Shown here: in pieces, positions 50,414 to 59,646 of the stretch
How positions within the stretch are numbered: position 1 is the first letter of the stretch
How the letters are laid out: every line of letters begins with the position of its first letter
DNA from: Peptoclostridium sp.
GTDB taxonomy: Bacteria > Bacillota > Clostridia > Peptostreptococcales > Peptostreptococcaceae
Assembly: GCF_009881055.1 (NCBI RefSeq)
Contig: NZ_WXFG01000032.1
Coordinates: 45,739 to 109,738 of the forward strand
DNA length: 64,000 nucleotides
Direction of reading: 5' to 3'
Made by a program: the position numbers and the translations under genes
Notes under the pieces: model-generated
The model's database searches: none
What the model was told of the DNA's origin: nothing
The model's input: only the letters and a program-made list of their open reading frames with translations

Positions 50414-50968
50414 ATGAGAGTTATTTCAGGTACGGCAAGAGGTACAAAACTAAAATCGGTTGAAGGCTTAAGCACGAGACCGACTCTTGACAGGGTGAAG
50501 GAATCCGTTTTCAACATACTGAATTCAGACATTGAAATACGCGGAAGCAGTGTACTAGACCTGTTTGCAGGAAGCGGAGCACTGGGAATAGAGGCTCTTT
50601 CAAGGGGAGCATCAAAGTGTGTATTTGTAGACAAGAATGCTGCAAGTATCAAAGTTGTCAAAGAGAATCTCGAAAAGACGAGACTTACCGATAAAGCCGA
50701 CATATATATGCTAGAAGCAGTCGCGGCAGTTTCCAGGTTAAGGGGAGAGAAATTCGATGTTGTATTTCTTGACCCGCCTTACAGCAAGGATATAGTTCCA
50801 AGGATAATTGATGAAATTATCAGCAGCGGAATACTTTCAAGCGAAGCTGTTGTAGTTGTAGAGCATGATAAGGATGATGCTATTCTAGATAGATATGGAA
50901 GCCTTGCAATGTTCAAGACAAGACAATACGGAGGCACAGCAGTTTCATTTTTTGAACTGGAGGAGTAG
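50414..50968 (+). CDS. rsmD: 16S rRNA (guanine966-N2)-methyltransferase RsmD
   Basis: MRVISG..RG..L, DLFAGSGALGIEALSRGA and DPPY motifs. Confidence 0.95.
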   Translation: MRVISGTARGTKLKSVEGLSTRPTLDRVKESVFNILNSDIEIRGSSVLDLFAGSGALGIEALSRGASKCVFVDKNAASIKVVKENLEKTRLTDKADIYMLEAVAAVSRLRGEKFDVVFLDPPYSKDIVPRIIDEIISSGILSSEAVVVVEHDKDDAILDRYGSLAMFKTRQYGGTAVSFFELEE

Positions 50969-50969
50969 A

Positions 50970-51458
50970 ATGGGCAAAATAGCAGTATATCCCGGAAGTT
51001 TCGACCCTATAACAAAGGGGCATCTAGATATAATAATGAGGGGTTCAAAGCTGTTTGACAGACTTATTGTGGCTGTACTGAAAAACCAGAGCAAAAAAAG
51101 CATGTTTTCTATAGATGAACGAGTAGACATGCTAAAGCAGATAGCAAGAGACATACCGAATGTTGAAGTGGACATGTTTTCTGGGCTGCTTGTTGATTAC
51201 TGCAAGGACAGGAAAGTAAATGCAATCATAAGGGGATTGAGGGCAATATCTGATTTTGAGTATGAGCTTCAGATGGCTCAGATGAATAGGCAGCTTAACC
51301 AGGAGGTTGAAACCATATTCCTTACGACGAGCACTCAATATTCATTCCTGAGTTCGAGTCTTGTAAAAGAGGTTGCAAGCCTAAATGGAGACATAAGCGA
51401 GTTTGTTCCTGATATTGTTTTAACCGAATTAAACAAAAAGCTAAAAGGGGATGTTTAA
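50970..51458 (+). CDS. coaD: Phosphopantetheine adenylyltransferase
   Basis: YPGSFDPITKGHLD signature. The ATG lies 1 nt after the rsmD stop. Confidence 0.95.
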   Translation: MGKIAVYPGSFDPITKGHLDIIMRGSKLFDRLIVAVLKNQSKKSMFSIDERVDMLKQIARDIPNVEVDMFSGLLVDYCKDRKVNAIIRGLRAISDFEYELQMAQMNRQLNQEVETIFLTTSTQYSFLSSSLVKEVASLNGDISEFVPDIVLTELNKKLKGDV

Positions 51459-51461
51459 GAT

Positions 51462-51914
51462 ATGGAGGTTCTAAAGCTGCTGGAGGAACTTGAAGATCTG
51501 ATAGACGAAAGTTCATCTATACCATTTGGAGGCAAGGTACTTCTGGATAAGAAGGAAGCGCTTGAGATTATAAAGGAGGTCAGGATTCAGCTGCCTGACG
51601 AAATCAAGCAAGCCGAATGGATAAACAGGGAAAGGCAAAGGCTGCTCCTGGAGGCGCAGCATGAGGCGGATTCGATAATTGAAAATGCAAAATCTTATGT
51701 TCAGGAAAAAGTTGAGGCCAGTGAAATAATAAAAGAGGCCAAGAAGCATGCGGATGAAATGATACTCGAGGCCCAGAAGCTGTCAAAAGACATCAGACTT
51801 GGCGCCAATGAATATGCAGATGATTTGCTAAAAGGCGTACAGGACAATCTGGAAAAGCTGATCAGTACTGTGTCTCAAAATAGAGTAGAACTGGGAAGAA
51901 TCGCAAAGGAATAA
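51462..51914 (+). CDS. Hypothetical coiled-coil protein (V-ATPase subunit H-like low complexity)
   Basis: 150-aa charged helical ORF beginning 3 nt after the coaD stop. Confidence 0.6.
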   Translation: MEVLKLLEELEDLIDESSSIPFGGKVLLDKKEALEIIKEVRIQLPDEIKQAEWINRERQRLLLEAQHEADSIIENAKSYVQEKVEASEIIKEAKKHADEMILEAQKLSKDIRLGANEYADDLLKGVQDNLEKLISTVSQNRVELGRIAKE

Positions 51915-51947
51915 TTACATACGCATACCTAAAAATCAATGTAATAC

Positions 51948-51996
51948 AAAAAAACAGGGACACTAATCATAAGATTAGGATTCCCTGTTTTTTTTT
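51948..51996. terminator. Bidirectional terminator between convergent genes
   Basis: A7-CAGGGA...(CTAATC/GATTAG)...TCCCTG-T9. Overlaps the tmcAL stop. Confidence 0.8.
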
Positions 51997-53261
51997 GTAA
52001 TATACGCAGGCGAGATCATGTAGTCCATGGAGCCTCTGAGCATGGTTTTGCACCCTGCATAATAGACTATGTTGAATATGTCCGTGGAATCAATGTCATA
52101 CCGGAGCATTCTGCGCATAATGTCATCGCTGATTGAATCGAGCTGCGGCATTTTGTTGATTATGGCAACATCCGAGCTCTGCTTTATTTGCTTCAGGAGC
52201 TTAGCGCCATTGTCGTTAAAAGCGAGTATTCTAATATACGGAATCGAATCAAGGCTCCTAAATGCCTCGACATCCTCTTTCTCGATTCCAAGAACTATAT
52301 TCATAAGCATCCTCTTGATAGCTGTCATCGTATAGCGTTTAGACTTGAGATTTGCGAGCAGTTCCTCATAGGATGAAGCGCGCCTTATTTCGGCTCTTAT
52401 CTTGTTGTCCATGCCCTCCCTTACTTCCCAAAATCGGGATAGCCTGTCCGATTTTGATATGACAGCGTACGAGAGAATATCAAGAAGAGAATCTTCAGTT
52501 ACCGGCGTAAGCCCGGCAGCCACCGCCGAGCACATGAGAGCATACGAGGCAGGCGGCACAACGGAGGATATTGATTCGAGAGAGGCTCCCTGTCTGAGGC
52601 ATTCTCTTATTGCCGTGGCGCTACATATGCTGCCGGAAATCTGAGTGCTGTTATAGTCGGCGGCGATTCGACGCACTGTGGCGGGTGCTATATCGCTTCC
52701 AAGGCGCAAAAGGTTCTTCAAATATTCTATCGACAGTATGTTGTTTGGACTTTTGAGAACGGCTAGAGCATCACGGGAGGAAAGGCCGTATGAGCTGGAG
52801 GCGCCGTCAATGAAAAGGCCAAGAGCTGCTTGCCTGGCCCTTGGAAATGTCAGTCCGGAATCGAGCTGTTCTTTAAGGAGCGCCTGGAATTTGGCGGGCT
52901 CATTTTCGAGTATTTTGGCTATGGCACTTAGCCTGGTAATGTCGCCTGATTCGCTCCCAAAGCAAATGCTGTCGACAACCCTGATGGAATCAAGTGTGAG
53001 TACTGAGCCGAAAGCAAAAAGCTCCGCGCTCTGTGACGAGTAGGCGGCAGGAAGCTCAAGCACAAGGTCAACACCTGCCATGACAGCCATCTTGGCTCTT
53101 GTCCACTTGTCGAATATGGCGGGCTCTCCTCTTTGAAGAAAATGACCGCTCATGACTGCGACAGTATGCGTAGCACCGGTCTCTTTTTTTGAAGCCTCCA
53201 GATGGTATGCGTGTCCGTTGTGAAAAGGATTATATTCCGTTATAAGGCCTAGAACCTTCAT
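51975..53261 (-). CDS. tmcAL: tRNA(Met) cytidine acetate ligase TmcAL (YlbM family nucleotidyltransferase)
   Basis: N-terminus MKVLGLITEYNPFHNGHAYHL.. (HxGH nucleotidyltransferase motif), 428 aa. Confidence 0.85.
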   Translation of the reverse strand: MKVLGLITEYNPFHNGHAYHLEASKKETGATHTVAVMSGHFLQRGEPAIFDKWTRAKMAVMAGVDLVLELPAAYSSQSAELFAFGSVLTLDSIRVVDSICFGSESGDITRLSAIAKILENEPAKFQALLKEQLDSGLTFPRARQAALGLFIDGASSSYGLSSRDALAVLKSPNNILSIEYLKNLLRLGSDIAPATVRRIAADYNSTQISGSICSATAIRECLRQGASLESISSVVPPASYALMCSAVAAGLTPVTEDSLLDILSYAVISKSDRLSRFWEVREGMDNKIRAEIRRASSYEELLANLKSKRYTMTAIKRMLMNIVLGIEKEDVEAFRSLDSIPYIRILAFNDNGAKLLKQIKQSSDVAIINKMPQLDSISDDIMRRMLRYDIDSTDIFNIVYYAGCKTMLRGSMDYMISPAYITKKNRES

Positions 53262-53342
53262 GTTGTTGCCTCCTTAGCAGCAGATATTTCCTTGAACCAT
53301 TAGATGTTGTAATAATGATATTTTACATCAGCATTCGAATAA

Positions 53343-53381
53343 AGGACAATAAAAGAATATCCGCCTGCGAGAGGCGGATAT
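53343..53381 (-). terminator. Intrinsic terminator after the ECF S-component gene
   Basis: On the minus strand, ATATCCGCCT-CTCGC-AGGCGGATAT followed by TCTTTTATTG. Confidence 0.7.
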
Positions 53382-53412
53382 CCGGAGGGTATATTGTTGT
53401 ATTATTGAAGAG

Positions 53413-53928
53413 TTAGTTTTTCATAAGATTATTTTTTCTGACATATGATGTCTTGGATATTGCTATTGAAACCGGAACGGCTATCAGCATGCTGGCAACA
53501 CCCTGGACTATATTGGCAGGCACTGACCTTAGCGATACTAGTATGCTGCCTTCAAGAACTGCACCTGCAAGCAGGTATCCTGTGACCATAAGACATGCTC
53601 CTGCAAATGTGGAAACACCCATTCTAAGTTTTGAAAGGCCGCCCTTCATCAGAAGTCCAACGAGCAGTCCTTCGAGTCCTTTTATAAGAAGAGTGAAAGG
53701 AGCCCAGTGAGCATATCCGCTCAAGAGATCCGCAAGAGCAGAGCCGACTCCTCCGGCAACCATTCCGGCAAGAGGACCAAACAGTATTGAAGTAAGGAAG
53801 ACTACGCTGTCACCTATGTTTATATATCCGTTTGTAGCAGGTATTGGAATTACTATGGCCATGGTTCCAATGCAGACTGCGGCAGTCATGAGTCCGAGTA
53901 GTGTAATTTGTCTTACATTCATATTCAT
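53413..53928 (-). CDS. ECF transporter substrate-specific (S) component, substrate unknown
   Basis: 171-aa six-TM protein with GYINIGD and ALADLLSGY..WAPFTLLIKGLEG blocks. GAGGTGG RBS. Confidence 0.7.
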   Translation of the reverse strand: MNMNVRQITLLGLMTAAVCIGTMAIVIPIPATNGYINIGDSVVFLTSILFGPLAGMVAGGVGSALADLLSGYAHWAPFTLLIKGLEGLLVGLLMKGGLSKLRMGVSTFAGACLMVTGYLLAGAVLEGSILVSLRSVPANIVQGVASMLIAVPVSIAISKTSYVRKNNLMKN

Positions 53929-54182
53929 TATGATTCCACCTCGATTTATAAATTAGAATGATAAATTATGTTCTATTACATGATAATTATACATATGCGG
54001 CTGCTCTCATTCAATAGAATCCGTACCCATACAATTTATATTGTTTTGATGATTTAAGGCGCAGCCGTGCGGATAAAGCCAGAAACAGTGTTAAAGCATG
54101 GGGGAAATTGGATATAATGGACTTAGCGGCAGAATGCCATCAAATAATTGCAAAAATAAGAAATGATAAAAGGGGATGCAAA

Positions 54183-55067
54183 ATGAGATTTTTATTAATA
54201 CATAGATTTAAATTTATTCTAATTGTCATAGCGGCTGCGGCAATGTTGTCCTCGTGTTCCCCGCAGGAAAATGAAGGTCTGATGCAGGTACATTTTATAG
54301 ATGTCGGGCAGGGAGACGCGACGCTGATAGTATCTCCGGATGGGAAAACAATGCTCATAGATGCGGGCGACAATTCGGCGGGAGACACAGTTGTGAGCTA
54401 TTTGAGAAGACATGGAATAAAGAGCATAGACATACTGGTAGGAACACATCCGGACTCCGACCACATAGGCGGCCTGGACACCGTTATAGACAGCTTTGAA
54501 ACAGCCGAGTTTTACATGCCGAGAAAGTCGCACACTACAAATACATTTATGGATGTGCTTAGTGCCGCCAAACGAAAAGGCCTCAGTATTAAGGAGGCCA
54601 AGGCGGGAGTATTAATCAGCATAGGCAACGATGTCAAGGGCAGATTTTTAAATCCAAGAAGCTCGTATTCAGATGACAACAATCTCTGGTCAGCAGTTGT
54701 GAGACTCGAATATGCAGACAAAAGCTTCCTGTTTATGGGAGACGCCGTGGTTCAAAACGAGCTTGAAATAATGGGCGCCGCGGAAAAAATAGACAGTGAC
54801 CTTATAAAGCTTGGCCATCATGGCAGCTCGACGTCCACTAGCGAAGACTTTATAAAGTCGGTTTCGCCCGACGTAGCAGTAATATCTTCAAAACAAAACA
54901 ACAGCTATGGGCACCCACACAAGGAAACGTTGGAGCTGTTGAAGGAACAGTCTATTCTGCTCTATCGGACAGATGAGCAAGGGAGCATAGTGTTCTACTG
55001 TGACGGCAAAAAAATATGGACAGACAAAAAACCGGGCACCTACAACTATTATAAGGAGGGGAATTAG
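54183..55067 (+). CDS. ComEC-type metallo-beta-lactamase fold lipoprotein
   Basis: Lipobox AAAAMLSS|C. MBL motifs VHFIDVGQGDA, GTHPDSDHIGG and LGHHGS. The ATG at 54183 follows AGGGGA. Confidence 0.85.
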   Translation: MRFLLIHRFKFILIVIAAAAMLSSCSPQENEGLMQVHFIDVGQGDATLIVSPDGKTMLIDAGDNSAGDTVVSYLRRHGIKSIDILVGTHPDSDHIGGLDTVIDSFETAEFYMPRKSHTTNTFMDVLSAAKRKGLSIKEAKAGVLISIGNDVKGRFLNPRSSYSDDNNLWSAVVRLEYADKSFLFMGDAVVQNELEIMGAAEKIDSDLIKLGHHGSSTSTSEDFIKSVSPDVAVISSKQNNSYGHPHKETLELLKEQSILLYRTDEQGSIVFYCDGKKIWTDKKPGTYNYYKEGN

Positions 55068-55283
55068 ATGACAAGAGGAGTAATTGACAGGTTTGAAGGC
55101 GATGTTGCAGTTGTGGAGCTCGAAGACAGGAGTGTTGTCGAAATACAAAGGAAGCTGCTGCCCGAGCATGCACTGGAAGGCGACGTGCTTATAATCGACG
55201 GCGAAATTGTGTCTATAGACGAGGATGATACGAAAAACAGAAAAGAGAAGGCTGAGAAGTTAATGAACGAACTTTTCGAATAA
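55068..55283 (+). CDS. DUF3006-like small protein
   Basis: 71 aa, ..GVIDRFEGDVAVVELEDRS..., beginning directly after the MBL gene stop. Confidence 0.7.
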   Translation: MTRGVIDRFEGDVAVVELEDRSVVEIQRKLLPEHALEGDVLIIDGEIVSIDEDDTKNRKEKAEKLMNELFE

Positions 55284-55298
55284 ACGAACATTTCGAGC

Positions 55299-55335
55299 AA
55301 AAAAATAGAATGGCCGAAGCAGCCATTCTATTTAT
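55299..55335. terminator. Bidirectional terminator
   Basis: AATAGAATGGC-CGAAGCA-GCCATTCTATT flanked by A/T runs. Confidence 0.7.
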
Positions 55336-56038
55336 TCATAATGTTGTTTACAACTACAGAAGCCATTACAAGGCCTGCTGCGGAAGGGACAAACGATATG
55401 CTTCCGGGAGCGGGCTTCTTGGAGCCTTCAGGTATGAAGGCAGGCACCTCCTGAGGCTTTTCGGTGGAGTAGACAACCTCAAGATTTTTGACCCCCCTGG
55501 CCTTGAGCTCCTTTCTCATGACCCTCGCAAGTGGGCACATAGAAGTCTTGTAGATGTCGCATACGCTTATCTTTGTAGGGTCCAGCTTGTTGCCCATGCC
55601 CATGGAGCTTATTATGTTGATGCCGCTGAAATAGCATTTTTCAATCAGGTCCAGCTTTGAGGAAACCATGTCAATAGCATCCACAACATAGTCATAGCTG
55701 CCACTTAGTATGGTCTCTGAAGTTTCGCTGTCGTATTTTGCTGCTAATGCATCAACGCGGGTTGACGGATTTATGTCATATATCCTTTGCTTCATAACAT
55801 CCACCTTGTTTTTTCCTACCGTGCTTTGAAGCGCAATTATCTGCCTGTTTATGTTTGTAATGTCAACGGAATCCTTGTCGACGAGTGTAAGATGGCCTAC
55901 GCCAGCTCTTGCAAGAGCTTCTGCAGCAAATCCGCCTACGCCCCCTATGCCAAGCACAAGCACGCTGGAATTTCTGAGTTTGTTCAAATTGTCACTGCCT
56001 ATTAGCATTTCTGTTCTCTGGAAAACAGAATCTGTCAT
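55328..56038 (-). CDS. tcdA: tRNA threonylcarbamoyladenosine dehydratase (ThiF/E1-like, TcdA)
   Basis: GIGGVGGFAAEALARAG Rossmann motif, 236 aa. Confidence 0.85.
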   Translation of the reverse strand: MTDSVFQRTEMLIGSDNLNKLRNSSVLVLGIGGVGGFAAEALARAGVGHLTLVDKDSVDITNINRQIIALQSTVGKNKVDVMKQRIYDINPSTRVDALAAKYDSETSETILSGSYDYVVDAIDMVSSKLDLIEKCYFSGINIISSMGMGNKLDPTKISVCDIYKTSMCPLARVMRKELKARGVKNLEVVYSTEKPQEVPAFIPEGSKKPAPGSISFVPSAAGLVMASVVVNNIMNK

Positions 56039-56176
56039 GATATTCCTCCAGTCAAATTCATATGTGTCTATTTATATTTTATCATTTGGATTACAAAAAT
56101 TGCAATCGGGATTATTGTGCACTAAAAATGGTACTTATATATAAAGCATGCTACTATTTCAGAGTGGGGGTGCGGC

Positions 56177-56791
56177 ATGGGCAGGATTTCAGGAGTGAGC
56201 GGCGACAGGATAAAGATATTCGATGTGGAGAGGAAGACGGTAAACAGCGGGGTAAGGGATGTAGATGCAATCAGACGCGTTGAGAAAATCAGGAATGAAA
56301 CGGCTTATTCGAGCCATAACTACATATTTGAAAGCGATTCATTCTATGAACATCTGAAAAAGGCAAAAGAGAGCATGGCGGAGTTTTCTGTAAACGAATA
56401 CAACCTCAAAAACCAGATTAAGAGAAGTTCAAACGAATGCGACGATGTGTACGAGAAGATAGTTGAGGCCGTTGCCAGTATTAACAATGCTATAAAATCC
56501 ATAAAGGTCATGGACTCGTTTGCAGGCGGATACGGCTTTAAGAAAGTGGTCACGCTTGCCGCAGCCTACAGGCACATTGGAAACCTGGGAATAAAATTTG
56601 AGGATTCAAGATTTGTAATAGAAGAAAGGCTGCTAAAGGAGTCCTTGATTAGCGGCAGCATGTCTGCCGATATAGTGTTTGACCCGGATTCCGGACTTTT
56701 GAAGAAAATATTCAACATACTCGAAAATGCGAAAGCAGACATTATCAACTTCATGCACGGCAGCGGAGGGCTGTTTGACAAAAAACTATAG
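56177..56791 (+). CDS. Hypothetical protein
   Basis: 204-aa ORF with a GGGGGTG RBS, 20 nt upstream of comEC. I recognised no motif. Confidence 0.55.
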   Translation: MGRISGVSGDRIKIFDVERKTVNSGVRDVDAIRRVEKIRNETAYSSHNYIFESDSFYEHLKKAKESMAEFSVNEYNLKNQIKRSSNECDDVYEKIVEAVASINNAIKSIKVMDSFAGGYGFKKVVTLAAAYRHIGNLGIKFEDSRFVIEERLLKESLISGSMSADIVFDPDSGLLKKIFNILENAKADIINFMHGSGGLFDKKL

Positions 56792-56811
56792 CATACTTTA
56801 CGGGTGATATA

Positions 56812-58086
56812 ATGAGCTATTTTACAAGAAGGCCAATAGCCGCAATGTTTGTGGCGTGCATACTGTTTTGCCTCATATATACCGGCATAGACAGCAGAAA
56901 AGCTGTCGACTCAGAGCCCAAAAGGGTGCTTATACGCGGCACGGTTGAAAATGTCGCCCGCAAGGCGAGGTGCAACGAATATAAAATAGGCCCATATCTT
57001 GTCGTGGACTACGCCAAACAGGGTGAATATAATATGGGGCAAGTGCTTGAGGTGGGCGGAAGGCTCAAGAATTTCCGCGAAATAAGCCTGGACGGCTTCG
57101 ATTATGGAAGGGTGCTCAGGGCCAAGGGCTACACAGACGTATTATATGCAAGCGACATAGAATCCATAGGCACAGAAAGAAGCCTTTACTACTACTCGGG
57201 CCTAATAAAGGCCACAGCCTACAAAAAGATAGAAATCATATTCGGCTCCCACTCACCTTTTGTAAAGGGGATTCTGTTCGGCGACAAAGCAGCAATGGAT
57301 AGCGAGCTTCTGGAGGCTTTTTCAGACACCGGAATAACCCACATATTTGCCGTCTCGGGGCTCCATGTGGGTATTATATGTGCAATAATATCCCTCCTGC
57401 TCAAAAATACGGGGAATACATCCAGAGTGATTGTGGTAACAGGCTTTCTGGCAATATACGCCTTTATGACGGGATTCACGCCTTCGGTCACAAGGGCCGC
57501 TCTTTTTTTCATAATAGGCGAGATTGCCTTTTTTATAGGGCGTGAGTATGATTTAAAGTGCGCGCTTTATGCCGCTGCAATAGTGCTGATGCTCAAAAAT
57601 CCGTATGTCGTATACGATGTTGGATTTTTGCTCTCGTTTTCAGCAGTATTTTCAATATGTGCCTTTTACGGATTGCTGCAGAAAAATGTCGGATTTGCCC
57701 CGCTTTCCATGACTCTGAGTGCAAACCTGATGACATGGCCCATAACTTATGCGGTGTTCAAGAACGTCTCGTTGGTATCGCCGATAACAAATGTACTTGT
57801 GGTTCCGCTTGTGCCTTTGCTCATGGCGGGCTCGCTTGCGAGCATTTTTTTATCTTTTGTTAGTATTAAGGCTTCTTTTTTTGTAGCGAAAATTGTAATA
57901 TTAATTGTAGACTACAGCTCTATAGTGGCAATGAAGCTTTCGGACATGAGTTTTGCCAGCATGCAGGCAAGCGAGCCGTCAAAGGGCCTTGTAATCATGT
58001 ATTATGCGGCGGTAGTGGCATTTGTCATATATTATGAATCGTACAGGGTAAAGGAGCAAAGGAATGCAGCTAAAGGATATCAATAG
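56812..58086 (+). CDS. comEC: ComEC/Rec2 DNA-uptake channel protein lacking the MBL domain
   Basis: N-terminal OB/DUF4131-like region plus the competence domain (GITHIFAVSGLHVG, polytopic). Ends at 424 aa with no beta-lactamase-fold region. Confidence 0.85.
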   Translation: MSYFTRRPIAAMFVACILFCLIYTGIDSRKAVDSEPKRVLIRGTVENVARKARCNEYKIGPYLVVDYAKQGEYNMGQVLEVGGRLKNFREISLDGFDYGRVLRAKGYTDVLYASDIESIGTERSLYYYSGLIKATAYKKIEIIFGSHSPFVKGILFGDKAAMDSELLEAFSDTGITHIFAVSGLHVGIICAIISLLLKNTGNTSRVIVVTGFLAIYAFMTGFTPSVTRAALFFIIGEIAFFIGREYDLKCALYAAAIVLMLKNPYVVYDVGFLLSFSAVFSICAFYGLLQKNVGFAPLSMTLSANLMTWPITYAVFKNVSLVSPITNVLVVPLVPLLMAGSLASIFLSFVSIKASFFVAKIVILIVDYSSIVAMKLSDMSFASMQASEPSKGLVIMYYAAVVAFVIYYESYRVKEQRNAAKGYQ

Positions 58087-59101
58087 ACAAATAGAAGAAA
58101 ACAAGCTTAAAACGGCATACCTGCTGCATGGCAGGGAGGTCTATATAATAGAAGAGATAATGCACAAGCTGACAGGCATGCTAATAAAGGATTTTGCAGA
58201 GTTCAACCTCTCCATACTTGACGGGGCGGAAACAGGCCTGGCCAAAATAAAGGAGGCATGCGAAACGCTGCCTTTCATGGACCAGAGGAGGCTTGTGATT
58301 GTCAAGGAAACAGAGCTGCTTAAGGGAAAACGCAGAAATTTTTCGGAGGAGCAGGAAGCAGAGCTCATAGAATATCTAGCCAGCGTTCCTGAAACGACGG
58401 TGCTTGTGTTCTCCGTGCATGGCGAAATCGACGGCAGAAGAAAGCTGGCAAAGGCATTTGTGAAGCTAGGCACATCGCTAAACTGCGACAAGCTTCGCGG
58501 AAACGAGCTTATAAACTGGGTGAAGTCTCAGTTCGAAAGCAGGGGCTTGAAAATCAGCCTTTCAGACATAGTCTACTTCCTGAAGCTTTCAGATTACGAG
58601 AGCAAGAATTCAGAGAAGACTCTGCAGGATATTGAAAACGAGATAATAAAGCTCTGTTCGTACGTTTCACCAGCTGATGAAATTACAAAATCAGCAATTG
58701 AAAGGCTTGCGGCAGTTTCGCTTGAAAATGACATATTCAAGCTTATAGACTGCATAGGAAGAAAACAGGCGGCTGAAGCCATAAGGATATTTGACGAGAT
58801 GACGGTTCAGGGAAGCTCTGCCATGATGGTGCTGTCGATGATAGCCAGGCAGCTGAGGCTTATGCTTCAGACAAGGGAGCTCAAGGAGTCGGGCTACTCG
58901 CCCAAGCAGATAGCTCAAAAGCTCGAGATACATCCGTTTGTGGCAGGCAAGGCCCTTTCAGAGGGGGCTGCCTTTTCGGGAAACCAGGTATCAAGAGCCA
59001 TAGACGAGTGCGCACAGACCGACTTTAGAATAAAAAGCGGGCTTATAGGCGAGCGTCTTGGAATAGAGCTTCTCATAGCCGAGCTTTGCCTCAAAAAATA
59101 G
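58064..59101 (+). CDS. holA: DNA polymerase III subunit delta
   Basis: 345 aa, N-terminus ..YLLHGREVYIIEE.., in the conserved position after comEC. AAAGGAG RBS. Confidence 0.9.
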   Translation: MQLKDINRQIEENKLKTAYLLHGREVYIIEEIMHKLTGMLIKDFAEFNLSILDGAETGLAKIKEACETLPFMDQRRLVIVKETELLKGKRRNFSEEQEAELIEYLASVPETTVLVFSVHGEIDGRRKLAKAFVKLGTSLNCDKLRGNELINWVKSQFESRGLKISLSDIVYFLKLSDYESKNSEKTLQDIENEIIKLCSYVSPADEITKSAIERLAAVSLENDIFKLIDCIGRKQAAEAIRIFDEMTVQGSSAMMVLSMIARQLRLMLQTRELKESGYSPKQIAQKLEIHPFVAGKALSEGAAFSGNQVSRAIDECAQTDFRIKSGLIGERLGIELLIAELCLKK

Positions 59102-59131
59102 AAAAACCCCAGGATTACTGGGGATTTTTTT
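59102..59131. terminator. Bidirectional terminator between holA and rpsT
   Basis: A5-CCCCAG-GATTA-CTGGGG-ATTTTTTT. Confidence 0.85.
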
Positions 59132-59183
59132 CGGGGAATATCGAAATGGGGTGTTGAGACTTTATCCAGATAAAATAGACTTA

Positions 59184-59456
59184 CTACTTTCCAGATACAG
59201 CCGCGTTAAGCTTGTCTGCAAGCTGAGAAACCTTTCTTGCTGCTGCATTTTTGTGTATTGTTCCTTTTGCAGCTGTTTGATAGAGTTTCTTTTCAGCGAA
59301 TCTGAATCTTGAAGTAGCCTCATCTATGTTGCCAGCAGTTAGAGCTTCTTCAAATCTTCTTATAGCAGTTTTAACCTCAGACTTTCTTATCTTGTTAGCC
59401 AGAGTTTTCTTTGCTATAACCTTTATTCTCTTCTTAGCTGATTTAATATTAGCCAA
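59184..59456 (-). CDS. rpsT: 30S ribosomal protein S20
   Basis: MANIKSAKKR start (TTG at 59456, about 5 nt after AGGGGGTG). The ORF track GTG at 59465 overlaps the RBS. Confidence 0.95.
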   Translation of the reverse strand: MANIKSAKKRIKVIAKKTLANKIRKSEVKTAIRRFEEALTAGNIDEATSRFRFAEKKLYQTAAKGTIHKNAAARKVSQLADKLNAAVSGK

Positions 59457-59646
59457 ATTGTTCACCCCCTACTTGATTTACTTAATAAATTTCAACAAAG
59501 ACAATTTTATCAAATAAGCGGTAAAAAATCAAGGGAAATTATATATCTAAAATTGTGCTTAAATAACAGTTTACTTGATAATACGCGGCCCTATATGTAT
59601 AATAAAAATTAGTCGAAAAACACTCATGAAGGGAGATTATCATTTA

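Noticed and set aside
53929-54107. A possible vitamin riboswitch (TPP, FMN, preQ1) upstream of the ECF S-component gene.
   Set aside because: I read the minus-strand leader and found none of the conserved cores (for example CUGAGA...ACCUGA for TPP), so the substrate remains unassigned.
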